Assembly: GCF_018350175.1 (NCBI RefSeq)
Contig: NC_058369.1
Span: forward strand, 22,446,001 to 22,510,000
Direction: 5' to 3'
Source: Felis catus
Lineage: Eukaryota
DNA length: 64,000 nt
Shown: piece by piece, positions 24,714-37,354 of the stretch
Position numbering within the stretch: the first letter of the stretch is position 1
Layout: each line of letters opens with the position of its first letter
The notes under the pieces: model-generated
Database searches by the model: none
The model's input: only the letters and a program-made list of their open reading frames with translations
What the model was told of the DNA's origin: nothing
Translations under genes and position numbers: made by a program

Positions 24714-27431
24714 TCACACCTCACTCCCACCTCTCCTCCAGCTGCTGGGCCCCCACTCCAACACACAGACCTTTTAGAAGCAGTTCTTTGCTTCTAAAGA
24801 ACTGTCTTGCACCTTTGTCTTTGAAATGTGTTTTGAATCGTTTGCTTGTCTTTACCAGGTGAGGCTTTGGTGTTTTGTCCACCTCTCACTTCCTATCTAT
24901 CAATCATGAATGCCTGCAAAAATTCATTTCAGGGTTGTAAAGAGAGAGGGCAGTTTAGTAGGGAACCCTCAATCTGCCTATGCTCCCCCCACCCCAACAA
25001 ATACTCCACACAGTGACCCTCCCTCCCCCAGATGGACAAAGCAGGCCCTTCCCTCTCTAAGAGCTCTGGGAGAAAGAGCTGGAGAATTACTCCGGGCTCT
25101 GGCAGGACTTCAAATTCTTTTGTTTTCGCTTTTTATTTTTTTTCCAGTCAAAGCTCAGTAATTCTTGAGATCCAAATTTAGAAGCCTGTATGGAGAGCCC
25201 TGAGAAATCAGTAGTAAGACAGCCAGGCTTTCTAACTTTTTTCCCCCAAGCAATCTAATAAAGCTATTGCACAATCATTTCCCAAGGTCAATTTTCTGCT
25301 TTTAATAGTTTTAATGAGCTGTTTAAAAGGCTCCTCACCCAAGCTTGCACATGTTTGGGTGCAAGGAGGAAAAGAGGAGATGAAGAAAGGGGAATGAGGA
25401 GAATGTAGGAGAGGGGGTTCCAGCCTGCTAGCTCGGGTACAGGAAGGGGACCAGTGGGGGGAGGGTGTTAGTGTCCGTCCAGGAGGTCCCAGGGATGTTC
25501 AGGGAGCACTGTTTTCACCCTTGCGCTCAGATCTAAATAACTCTGGGACCTGAGAGTCAGTCACGGCTTCTGCCTGCAAGCGGGACCCCTGAGTGGTCCC
25601 CAATCTTAGAAATCTGCAGGGAGGTGAGGGAGATGGTGGAGTTAGAGGGTGGGGATGAAGACAGAGGGAGAGAGGAGAGAGAGGAGCCTCCAGTGATCAG
25701 TGAATGCATGAGTTTGGTGAAGGGGCTGAGGACAAAGTAGGAGAGGGAAGATAAAGAAGGCTCGGTTCGGGGAGAATGAGGCTCCCAGCACAACTGAGAC
25801 CCGTGTGTGAGGCAGCCTGATGCTAGCGGTTCATGTGATCATCAGGTGACGCTAGTGATGCCCAGTGCTGTACACCCTAGTCACTGTGGACTACGCCTGA
25901 GGCCACGCACGTTGCAGGTCTTAGCTCCTTCGATGCTCACGCTACCACCGAGGTGGGTTCTATTGTTCCCAGGACACAGTTGAGGAAAACACTGATCACG
26001 GAGGAGAAGGTCATCCACTTAGTAAGGCTGATTTGCATCCAGACAGTCTGACTCCAGAACCCCAGATTATTACATCCATCACTGTTCTTTTGTACACCAC
26101 CTGAGGGCCATGTGAAAATTTCAGAAAAAATCCAGACACCTGCAGAAGAAAATAAAAATACCCATAAGCCAGTTTCACAGTTGCAGCCACATGAGAGTTT
26201 TGGTGCATGTGACAGACACCTCAGACGGTCCAGCAAAAGCCATTCTGTCTTCTTCTGCAGTGATGGAATGATAGTCAGGCCTCATCTGCTCAGGTGGACA
26301 GTCTGTCCCAGCCTGCCTGGAAGGTGATACAGTTATCACCTGTGGAACATGGGAAGAGATAATGTGGGCCGTCCATGGGCTTGGGGTGACAGCAGGGGTG
26401 AACCCTCCTCACTCATTCCCCTTCCTGTTGGCTGGCATCCACACACGTGGCCACCCAGCGTCCACCGTGTTTGTGACGGCAGTGCTGGGGGGGGGCATAG
26501 GGGAGTACAGAATGCAGAGGGGTGTCCACTTGCTGTGCCCCTCACCCCACCGTGACACTGTTAAAAGAGAAATACCATTCTCTGTTTCTCAGGTCATTGT
26601 ATTGTTGCGTCTGTTTGTTACAGCAGCTTTCCCTGACTATGATGGTATATTTCCTTCTAATTTTCTTCCTGTGGAATATGTTTAGTCATTTTTCACATGC
26701 TGGCTCTCTTAGTTATTTGTCCTTTTCCTCATATTGTATGATCCTCCTTAGGGACCCATGGGTCCAGACTCACCATTGAATTCCAGTACGATATAATTAA
26801 AAATGGCAGTCAAGCTACAAACCCCCCATTGTATACCTCTGATTTGAGAAGTCCTTCAACCTCAGGCACCTGCTGGCAGAATGCAGTTCCCACAGGATCA
26901 TCAAATATATCTGAGGTTCTTAAGATTCTAGGGTAATGCAGCCATCTTTCTACTATGTATAAGCCTGAAACTCTGCCCTTGTGTCTTGTGCCATGACACG
27001 CAAGCCCCGGGTACCCTAGTTTCCTCACATTCAGTCTTCCATCAGTGCTACATCCTAATTAGGGCTCAGTATTTCTATTTACAGGTTAGGGTACCGAGGC
27101 CCAGGGAGAATCTGGTTTTCTGGCCCTACACCTGGTCCAGAATCCATGCCTGGCCGAGGACGGACCGTGAGGACCTGACCTTGTACTCAGCTCCTTTGAT
27201 TCCAATACTAGGACCTTTGGAAAAATATTTTAAAACATGTTTTTTCTTACATTTATAAAAGTGATTTGTGTTCTGTGTATACACTATCTCAACACAGAAG
27301 TCAGAATAAGGCTTTTAAAACATAAGTCATGAAAAGACAACCCAGTTTTTTTTTTTAATGGGCAAGGATTTGAAAGACATTTCTTCATTTACATACTTTT
27401 TAAAATAAAATAAAAAATCAGATTATCCTCT

Positions 27432-27642
27432 GGGAACCTGGGTGGCTCAGTCAGTGGACTGTCTGACTCTCAGTTTCAGCTCAGGTCAGGATCTCACGGT
27501 TTGTGTGTGCGAGCCCCGCGTTGGGCTTGGTGTTGACAGCATGGAGCCTGCTTGGGATTCTCTCTCTCCCTCTCTCTCTGCCCCTTCCCCCTTGTGTTCT
27601 CTTGCTCTGTCTCTCTCTTAAAATAAATAAACTTAAAAAAAA
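27432..27642 (+). mobile_element. Carnivore SINE
   Basis: Full body; TSD AAAAATCAGAT(T/C)ATCCTCT on both sides. Confidence 0.94.
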
Positions 27643-28451
27643 TCAGATCATCCTCTTTCACACTGTTTGAAGATCCACTTTTTCCCACTTAACACGCCAC
27701 GGACATCTTGATGTGCCTGTCTTCTTCATCTCCTGAGGGAGAGGTCACTTTCCTGGTGCTCATTCGCTCTCTCGGTACTTGGTGAGCACCTATTATAATG
27801 ACAGCGGGCAGGACAGGTCAAAACCAGTGGTGTGCCGTGGGTCCACGGGGAATGGGAGGGGATGAGGAAAGGCCAGTCCTGGCATGGGGGAAAGCTTAGA
27901 ATCCGGCTGGGGAACACCAAGGAGAGGGACTTCAGGACCCTCTCCAGGAAGCAGGGTGGCCGGGTGGTCAGGAGGCTGCAGAGGCCTCAGGGGCCCTTTG
28001 TGATCAAACTCTTACTGCTCGGGTTGCAGCTGCTGGCTCTCAGTCTGCCTCCACCGGGAGCCGTCTTGCTGGTGACAGTACATACCTCCGAATCTGGGAA
28101 GAACGAGCGGTGGGGTGGTTTCATTCTTGTGCTTTGTGCATAATGTGAATGTAATTAATCATGTCTATGGTGGTTTATAATTTAGTATTTTTTTCATCTT
28201 TGGCAGGCTAATTAAATTCATTTGAGCTTTATAAGTAGTTATTTTAGTATTTTTCTTTGTACCCCCACTGGTAGAGTACGGAAAACTTACAATAAATATG
28301 TCTCAAGGTGGCCACTGCTGTTTTCAAAATGAATCTTAAAGGCTATTCAAGTGAAAAGTATTTTTGTGTTACTACAACTTAAATTAGCCACACACAAAAA
28401 ATTGGAGAACTGCTTCCTGTATCTCTCTTCTTAAAAACTTTACAGTGCTTT

Positions 28452-28935
28452 CAGCAGATGAACATAGGAGAAAGATAGGAAAAACAAGATAAAAACAGAG
28501 AGGAAAGCAAACCATAAAAGATTTTCTTTTTTAAAATATTTTTATTTATTTTTGAGAGAGAGAGACAGAGCGTGAGTGGGGGAGGGTCAGAGAGAAACAG
28601 AGACACAGAACCCGAAGCAGACTTCAGGATCTAAGCTGTCAGCACAGAGCCCGACGCAGGGCCCACGAGGCACGAGATTATGACCCGTGCTGAAGTCGGG
28701 TCCTCAACTGACTGAGCCACCCAGGCGCCCCAAACCATAAGGGACTCTTAACTATAGAGAACAAAGTGAGGGTTGCTGGAGGAGTGTGGGGTTGAGGGAT
28801 GGACTAAATGCGTGATGGGCATTAGGGAGGGCACTTGTTGGGATGAGCACTGGGTGTTCTATGTAAGTGATGAATCACTGGGTTCTACCCCTGAAACCAG
28901 TAATGCACTGTATGTTAACTGACTTGAATTTCAAT
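28452..28935 (+). mobile_element. Carnivore L1 3' end, interrupted by a SINE
   Basis: GACTCTTAACTATAGAGAACAAAGTGAGGGTTGCTGG..GATGAGCACTGGGTGTT..GAATCACTG. Confidence 0.85.
28522..28731 (-). mobile_element. Carnivore SINE inside L1
   Basis: Antisense body; TSD CAAACCATAA on both sides. Confidence 0.93.
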
Positions 28936-29490
28936 ACATACATACATACATGCATACCCCAAACTTTACGGTGCTGTAAAGATTTAAAATGGGAATTGCT
29001 AGGAGCAAAGGGAAGCTGTTTGGCAAGGTCCTTACCCAAGATAGGTGGGAACATGGAGGTGGTACCGGCTTCCGTGATACCGCTCTGCTTGGACTTCTGG
29101 CTTCCAATTTGGAAAAGAAACCACACGTACTCTTCTCTGTCTCTCAGACAAAAGCCCATTTCCAGATACACTGTGCAGAGCTCATTTTAATGATGTAATG
29201 ATTAAGTTAGAAATATCCAGTGCTTTTTCCTTGTATGAATGCCCTACTCACCGAGTTCACAAATTCTCTCTCAAAGTCATAGAAAAAGTGTTTAAGATAA
29301 GGATTTTAAAATTCTATTAATAATTAAAGAAATGCAAAGGAAGGCAGCAACAAGATGGCATTTTTCTCCCACCAAACTAAAAAAATTCCTACCGATGATG
29401 AATACTCTGACATAGGCAGTGGAGCTGGTAAAAGTTTGCATAGGTACAATCTTTGTGGGAATAATTTCACAGTAACATGATCTGTATTTT

Positions 29491-29494
<4 letters not shown>

Positions 29495-29551
<57 letters not shown>
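29495..29551. repeat. (AT)n plus poly-T tract
   Basis: Seen directly. Confidence 0.95.
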
Positions 29552-29612
29552 GCATAATCTTTGAACCAGAAATCCCACCCCTAGTCTGCATCTTAAGAAA
29601 GTACAGGGTTTA

Positions 29613-29809
29613 GGGGTGCCTGGGTGGCTCAGTTGGTTAAGCCTCCGACTTCGGCTCAGGTCATGATCTCGTGGTTTACGGGTTCGAGCCCTGCGTCGGG
29701 CTCTGTGCTGACAGCTCTGAGACTGGAGCCTGCTTTGGATTCTGTGTCTCCCTCTCTGTCTGCCCCTCCCCCCTCACGTTCTGTCTCTCCTTCAAAAATA
29801 AATAATCAT
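29613..29809 (+). mobile_element. Carnivore SINE (first unit of dimer)
   Basis: GGGGTGCCTGGG head; outer TSD AAAGTACAGGGTTTA at 29598 and 30074. Confidence 0.94.
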
Positions 29810-29810
29810 C

Positions 29811-30017
29811 AGGGTGCTTGGGTGGCTCAGTCGGTTAAGCGTCCTACTTCGGCTCAGGTCATGATCTCGCAGTCTGTGAGTTTGAGCCCCACGTTGGGCT
29901 GTGTGCTGACAGCTCAGAGCCTGGAGCCTGTTTCAGGTTCTGTGTCTCCCTCTCTCTCTGACCTTCCCCCATTCATGCTCTGTCTCTCTCTGTCTGAAAA
30001 ATAAATAAACGTTAAAA

Positions 30018-30056
<39 letters not shown>

Positions 30057-30073
30057 ACATTAAAATTTTTTTT
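29811..30073 (+). mobile_element. Carnivore SINE (second unit) with (TAAA)n tail
   Basis: AGGGTGCTTGGGTGG head directly after the tail of the first unit. Confidence 0.94.
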
Positions 30074-32052
30074 AAAGTACAGGGTTTAAGCAAAATATAG
30101 ATAAGAGGATTATCATTCATCTTCTTATTTATTTGCCAAAAATTTTTAGAAAGACAGTTTTTAATAATTCTTCTTTTCTATGTTATCTTGTGTGTAATAA
30201 TTCACTTCAGTTCCCCCAAAGGAGCCAGGTTGGAAATGGCGGATAAGCGCCTTTGAGAACCCAGAGTCCGGCCCTGGGACCCATTATGTGAAGTTGGACA
30301 AGATGGACTAGTCTCCTACATTTGATTTCTTCACTGCTATTATTTGTTCTGGAAAGTATTGTGTTTGTTCTTTTACTCATTTTCTGGTTCCCTATTCTAG
30401 AAAAGTCAGCTCCTCAAGGGTAGAGACTGGCCAGGGCTGTCGACCACTGTGATTGTGGAGCTCAGACTGTCAACTCCCTGACAGTGCTGGGCCTCAGTTT
30501 CCTCAGACAAATAAGGGGAGTAACAAGTAGGTATCTACCCTGTGTTTTAGGAATTTAATACATGTAGAGTGCTCAGAACAGTGTCCTTAAATGCTCCATG
30601 AACAGTGAATAAGGATTGAATTTTGGAGTCTCCCAAATTACTGAGAAAAACCTGCTAGGGAATCTGGTTAATGGAGAGAAAAGAAAGAGCGATGAAAGCA
30701 TCTCTAAGGAGATGATCATTTCTGTAGACTTGGACACTGAATCCTGGTTGTTGTCTGGCTCTCCCCCACCCTGGCTTAATCCCACTTTGCTGGGAGCTGC
30801 GGAGGTGGGTGGCTTCCTGTCTCCCACGGTCCACAGTGACTCAGGTCTTCCAGGAACCTGTGTTCATTGATACTCAACTTCATGTAGAATTAGTACTTAG
30901 GGTAAAGGCTTTGTGAAGTCATTGTGTCCAGTGTGGACCAGCCTTGCTTAGAAGGATTCCCCCCCCACCCCCGCCCCAGTAATCCATGTGGGGGGCCTCA
31001 ATGAGGAATGTCACCATTTGAAGCAAAATCTGGCTTTTTCACTTGGCTTCTACGATTCAAGCAGTCAGGTGCTTCCTGACTAAACCCATTGGGTTAGACC
31101 TTGGCATCGATCCCCAGAGGAGAAAGGAGAGGAGGGGTGCTTGGAAGCTCATTTGACCGCTCATGGAGGCAGAGGAGTTTGGTGCTGGATGGGAACTGAG
31201 AGTCTCATTAGCCTTCCGTTAGCAGAGTGGGACGCTGAGGACAAAGCAGTGGCTTATCCAGGGGTGTTCAGTCAGCTTGGGGCAGAGCGGTCGCTTGACT
31301 CCAAGTCTTCAAAACCCGAGCCAGTTCTCTCCCCACCAAGTCCAGCTTCCAAGAAACAAGGACAGAGGAAGCACCCTGCCGGCACAGTAAGGGCTCAAGC
31401 CAGAGAGGAGCTGCTGGGCTTGGGGATGTTGTCGGGGCAAGTACTCAGCACCTGGCCTCACACACCTGTATCACTAATGCCCGATAACGTGCTGGGAACC
31501 CAGTTCCCCCGAAAGACCTGCTTTCATCACACCCTGGGTTACACTCCATTTTATCAGCGTTTTAAAATTTGGATTTCTGGTTCTATCTAAAAATAAGACG
31601 AATTTACTTTGATTTTAGGCTCAGGTGGTGTCAAAAGGTCAGACCAGAATTCAGTATGGCTTATCATGTCAGAATGGATTCATGTTATTCCATTTTCTTT
31701 TGTGTGGGAAAAAAACCATGCCTATATGAATTCATTCATGTGTTCCTTCAACAAATATTTTTTAAACTTTAAAATGTTCCCTTTTCCGCCCCCAGCTTTT
31801 CTGTTCTCTCTCTCTCAACCATTCTCATTGATGCATCTGTCTGTTCTTCTTTTTTTTTTTTTTTTTTTCATTCAGTAAAATTAGTTGAGAACCTCCTTTG
31901 TGCCAGGCACCGTGCCCAGTCCTGGTGATGCAGGGCTGAAGTAAACACTCAGAAATAGGCTTTTCCTTCAAGGAGCCTAAGGGAGAAAGACAGACATTAA
32001 AACATTCAAACAATTTCAAAATATCAAGTGTCATGAAGGAAATGAATATTGC

Positions 32053-32270
32053 TTTTTTTTCTTAATTATTTAAATGTTTATCTTTGAGAGAGAGAGAGAG
32101 AGAGTGAGCAAGCAGGGGAGGGACAGAATGAGGGAGACACAGAATCAGAAGCAGGCTCCAGGCTCTGAGCTGTCAGCACAGAGCCCAATGTGGGGTTCAA
32201 ACCCATGAACTGGGAGATCATGACCTGAGCCGAAGTCAGAGACTTAACCAACTGAGCCACCCAGGCGCCC
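32053..32270 (-). mobile_element. Carnivore SINE
   Basis: Antisense body; TSD AAATGAATATT at 32040 and 32274. Confidence 0.94.
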
Positions 32271-32427
32271 TGAAAATGAATATTTCTAAGTATCTTTGAG
32301 ACAAGTCTTCCTATATGACCCTCCATAACCTCACATCAGTCAGTCAAAAATAAAACTCATTTCTTTCCCTCAGTAAGATTTTCCTTCCTAACTTCTAGGT
32401 CTTTATTAACAATGTTAGCACATAAGA

Positions 32428-32546
32428 GTGATTCTTAATGTTTTGAGATAGGGACCACTTTAAGAACACACTAAAGGCTATGGGTGCTCACCGTTTCCTG
32501 CGTATGGTCTCAGGGGACTTCATGGGTCCTGGATAAGGATTCCTGT
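32428..32546. mobile_element. hAT MITE (MER117-like)
   Basis: GATTCTTAAT..GGACCACTTTAAGAA..AAAGGCTATGG..GGATAAGGATTCCTG similarity to recalled consensus. Confidence 0.45.
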
Positions 32547-32729
32547 CCTGGGAGAATAAAGAGACATGGGGAATAGGGCCCAGCTCAGCCAGAGCCTCTA
32601 TTCCCTGGGGGTGAACACTGATGGGAGATATTTATGCTGACTTGCCTTAACAGCATTTAAGATTCCTTGAACTCTTGATATTGAAAAAGTTTTTTATATA
32701 TCTCACAGATTTCTCAAGCCCTTCATATT

Positions 32730-32752
32730 AAAAAAAAATTAAGTTTATTTAT

Positions 32753-32812
<60 letters not shown>

Positions 32813-32979
32813 CAAGCAGGATAGGGGCAGAGAGAGAGGGAAAGAGAGGGAATCCCAAGCAGGTTCCACCCTGTTATCCCAGAGCCTGATGTGGGGCACG
32901 AACTCATGAACCTCAAGACCATGACTTGAGCTGAAATCAAGAGTCAAATGCTTAACCTACTGAGCCACCCAGACGCCCC
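32730..32979 (-). mobile_element. Carnivore SINE with long (GA)n
   Basis: Antisense body; TSD TCAAGCCCTTCATATT at 32714 and 32980. Confidence 0.95.
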
Positions 32980-33039
32980 TCAAGCCCTTCATATTTAAAA
33001 ATAATTTTCATGTATCCCATAGATTATTTACTCATCAAA

Positions 33040-33400
33040 AACAGAAAAAAGTAACTTGATGATGGAGGAATCTGGTAGTTAGCACTTTAACCACATAATC
33101 AAACTTGCCATGGCCAAAACCAAGACAAAACCAAGATATCAGGTACCTCCTGATGGCACGCATTGAGAAAAACACAGCACCAGTCATGCCATACTCTTGC
33201 CAAAAAGTTTCACCCAAATCTGTTAGGAATAACTCAGCAAATACAAATTGAAGGATATTATGTAAAACAACTAGTTTGAATTCTCTTAAAATATTGATGT
33301 CATGAAAAGCAATGCAAAACAAAGATGGGGAACTATTTCAGACTAGAGAGGCAGGTAAGTAACTGCCGTACCGATTAGACTTTTGATCAAAACAAAAACA
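33040..33400 (+). mobile_element. Old L1 3' UTR fragment (L1MC4/5-like)
   Basis: AAAAGTAACTT..GGAGGAATCTGG..TTAACCA..ATCAAA pattern. Confidence 0.55.
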
Positions 33401-33767
33401 AAAAAAGCCAACCCTGACAGAAAGGACACTGAGGGAAATAGTAAGTCACAGTTTTTGATGCGTAGTATTTAATGGTATCACATATAGAAACTTAATTTGC
33501 AAACCTCAATAACTAGAAAAATATGAGCTTTTAGTACAATTTGTATGGCGTTTCTGCTGACCTTATGAAGGACAGACACAAAATAGCTCTATAGAATATT
33601 AATTAATTCTTTCTTTCATTCATTCAACATGTATTTATTGATCGGAGATGCAGAGGAGTAAAATGACTTGCCCAAGGTCACCAATTCAATTAATAAGCAG
33701 AATCAGGTCTTCTTGTCCTCTAGAGAACATGAGGCAACGCTCAGGGAAGATCACAGGTCTTGTTCCT

Positions 33768-33975
33768 GGGGATGGTGGGAGGCGAAGTGATGGTGGTGAT
33801 GATGGGAGTGGCAACAGCGGTGTTAGTGGTTGGCCACGGTGGTTGGTGGAGTGATAATGGTGGTAATAGCAGCAGTGATGGTGGTGTTGTTGCTGGCAGT
33901 AGCAGTGACGGGTTTGTGGCGGTGGTGGCGGTGCTGGTGGTGGTGATGATGCGCTCTTGTTAGCGGAGGTGGTAC
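33768..33975. repeat. Degenerate (GGT/GAT/GCA)n low-complexity tract
   Basis: Seen directly. Confidence 0.85.
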
Positions 33976-34529
33976 TAGAGGCAATATGGAGAAAGGCGGT
34001 AGGTATAGGACGAACCTGAACGTCATCAATAAGATCAAAAGGTAAAGTTTAGCAAATGCAAAAGCAGGTATTGTTACTTTTCCAGAATTTATCTTCCTTT
34101 ACCCATTTTTTCTTTCTTTATCTCCTGCATTCTTGGTATCACAGGTATCTGACTTCATTTAGGGGTTCTCTTTACTTTGGATCTGCTTATTATGTCAAGA
34201 ATAAAAATATATATTATTAGGATGGCAGACCATAGATCTTCGCTTTGCTTTATAAATCATGACAGTGTTCTGTTGTTATGCAACAAATGGCTGCATTCTA
34301 TAAAACGTGGTCTTTTCAGAACAAAGCTCTTAAATCTCCAGGACTTCCTTTCAACTTGTGTTTTGTTGCACATAACCTAACAAGCTGTAATTGTAGGGTG
34401 CCCAGAATGGAGAGGCTGACAACTGCCATGACAATGACCCATGGGGTGTGTTGAGCACCCTTTACTGTTCCCTCCTCAGCACCGTTAATGCCTGTGGGAT
34501 GTATCCTGCCCTTCCTCTCCTGCTGGCAT

Positions 34530-34950
34530 TAATACCAGAAAAGGCTCAATCCAAATGGGTATCAAGTTGGTGTATTTTTGGAGACACTGGTAGGTCAGTT
34601 ATCATTTGTTATCGTTGTCAGACCAACTGCTAGTATTGTGTTTGCATTTAGTCTCTAGTTGCTATCTTATTCAGTGTTGTTTTCTTTTTTTTTCAGATCT
34701 GAGTGGGTGAGTACATTGATGGCATGCTGATCAGATTTCCAGGCTGCCGTGGGGCTGTGAGTAGAGCTAATAGACTAGATGAAAGAATATTGAGCCACAG
34801 CAATGTTTTTAGGCTGGTCCATGACAGAGACCAACACGAAGTCCAATACTTGGGTCCAAATGACATCTTGCAGGAAGAATGGCAGGTAAGAGACACAGCC
34901 TAGGCATCTGGGAAAGCGTCATGTGTTGTAGCCAACGGCAGCCTCGAGGT
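34530..34950 (+). mobile_element. CR1/L3 LINE reverse-transcriptase relic
   Basis: EYIDGMLIRFPGCRGAVSRANRLDERI..HEVQYLGP aligns by eye to CR1 ORF2 pattern DGMLIKFADDTKLGGxANTLEDRI..CKVLHLG; the FADD motif is decayed. Confidence 0.7.
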
Positions 34951-35149
34951 GAGGTGGCCGCCAAGAAAGTGAAGTTAGGGGTGTGAGAATGGAAAGGAAA
35001 CAGCTCTGTCTTGGGCCACTGTCCCTGGGCGGCCCATGTGGGGCTTTCTTTGCCACACCTGACTAACAGGGATTGTATTGAGAATGGTGGGGCTGAGGTC
35101 AGGGCTCGAAAGGTCATATGAATCTAGGCAGAGGGAACCTAGAGCTCTG

Positions 35150-35730
35150 GCGAGCTGTTATTGGTTCCATTACAACTTCTAGAAAGCTCGACTCGCAGTG
35201 GTTGGGTGATAAAAACGTGATTGTCTCATAGAACAAGATGTCTGGATGTAGGCCAACCTTATGGTGAGCAGCAGTGACTTACTGCTATCTTCTAAGGCCT
35301 AGGCTCCTTCTAGATTTCTCATCTTTCAGCTTGTCACCTCAAGGAACCAAGGTGATTGCTGTAGATCCAAGAGTCACACTTCACACAACCGCATTCATGG
35401 CATGGAGGAGTGGGAAGAGGCAGAGCCAGTGGGCTCTTGCAAGCATACTACTGTTCTATCAGGAACAAAAAAACTGTTTCAGAAGTTTCTCTGTGGGCTT
35501 CCCTTGTATCGCTAGGCAGGTTGTGTCAGATTCCCATCCCTTTGGTCCTTCAGTTTCAAAGACTGACTAAATCTCATCGCTGGGGTTGGGGAAGGGATGT
35601 TTTTCATTGATGCACATCTTTCTGCCCATCTTGGAAGAAAACAAAGTCAGCATCCTCTTAGCTCAAAAGGAGGAGGTATGAGAAATGGCTGTCGCTGGGC
35701 CACCAAATGTATCTGACACCGGGCAGAGCT
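35150..35730. mobile_element. Old MaLR LTR (MLT1-like) between L3 pieces
   Basis: CATAGAACAAGATGTCTGGATGTAGG..TCACCTCAAGGAACCAAGGTGATTGCTG..GAAATGGCTGT. Confidence 0.45.
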
Positions 35731-35849
35731 TACTTTTCAAATATGAGGAGATGCTTCTCCTTGGTGTGTGCAAAGGGGTTTGTTTATGAGGCTCTGGACA
35801 CAGAGTTTGGGCAGATGTTGTGCCAACTGGTGGACTTTGTGAGGAAACC

Positions 35850-36068
35850 AATTTTTAGTCCTACTCGAGTCAAGATTTCCCGATAGCCGTAGGTATCCAG
35901 GAATGGAGGTGTTGCTTTGGCTGAGGTAGGAAGCAAAATCAGCCTCTACCTGGTAGGGACACAATAAAGGGGATTCTTGTACCAGTTGGGGGTTGGGAAG
36001 GGCGAGGGGAGAGGGCGGACATTTACACTGACCTGTCAGTTTGCTTCCAACCCGGAGAACCTCTGAAC
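35850..36068 (+). mobile_element. CR1/L3 3' end
   Basis: GGAATGG..AGGGGATTCTTGTACCAGTTGGGGGTTGG..TGACC..CTTCCAACCCGGAGA resembles the L3 terminus. Confidence 0.6.
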
Positions 36069-37155
36069 CAAGTAATTAGTTTTTCCCCTTTGAATGTTTG
36101 TTGGATAATTATGCTAATTGGAGATAATGTTTCTACTAAGTGAGGTATAATTTCAAGTTCAATGGTATTTTTATCTTTAGCATTATTGCATTAGATACAA
36201 AGTTTGCCTTGGACCTGGGCCTGTACTTTGAAATCGTTACTTTTAGGAGGACAAAGCAAGTGGGACACATTTTTCTTTGAGTTGTGTTATGGATAATGGG
36301 CACCCTGGCCCACTAACTGGCATCGTAAGTACCAGTGCCCATGGCCCCACACACCTTGTTGGACCTGGCACACTAAGGCTGAGTATCACCTCGGCAGAGC
36401 CACCTTCTTACACTTCTTCGATATTCTGTGCCCAATGGGATAGCAACAACCACATACTGAGTAGGGTATCGAGGAGAAAAGGATGAACCCAACCAATTAA
36501 AAGGACTTATTAAATTCATTTCCAAATGAGATACTTCTACTGGTTTCCAGTATTCATGGCAAACACTATCTCTTGTCGAAAGTTGCTCAATTCCCTTGCC
36601 GCTCCTTAGTAAAAGGAAGGAATGGGCTTGATATAGTCACCCTCTGGGCATCCTCTTTACTCTCCTCTTTGCAACCTGTTCTGCCACTGCCTAGTGTAGT
36701 CTTAACTATCCAGTATATGTGTTATGGACCATGCTCCCCTCTCATGATCATTGCTGGTGAGACCATGAGTGTTCATCTGATCCATCAGATTCCTCAGGGA
36801 ATTTGGAATTGGGACACAGAGTAGCTAATGGGTTTTGTTAGATGTCTGGTCATAGAAACAGTATGGGTCACCACCTCCTACTCTGAGGTGAGAGAAGCAG
36901 AAAGGAAAGGTACAGAGAGAGACCATGTACCCAAAGAGAGGCTGAGGCCTCCCTTGCCTGCTGCATCAACCATACTAGCTGACCCCAGCCCAGCTTCCCT
37001 CAAAGCCCTGGGGATGTATTCTGTGCCCCACTCCAGAATCCATTCTATACCTCCTTTGCTATTTCGTTTAAGCCAGTTTGCACAGATACTTGTCATCTAT
37101 AGCAACCTGAGAGAGATCCCATCCTCAGAAGGGCCCAACAGAAAGCCAATAGGAA

Positions 37156-37181
37156 TTTTTTTAAATGTTTATTTATTTATT

Positions 37182-37228
<47 letters not shown>

Positions 37229-37354
37229 CCCAAGCAGACTCTGCGCTTTCAACTCAGAGCCCAACACGGGGCACAAACTCACAAACCATGAGATCACGAC
37301 CTGAGCCGAGATCAAGAATTGGACACTCAACCAACTGAGCCACCCAGGCGCCCC
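37156..37354 (-). mobile_element. Carnivore SINE
   Basis: Antisense body with (GA)n, ends GGCGCCCC. Confidence 0.92.

Noticed and set aside
33648..34038. Gly/Val/His-rich ORFs
   Set aside because: Product of a degenerate trinucleotide tract
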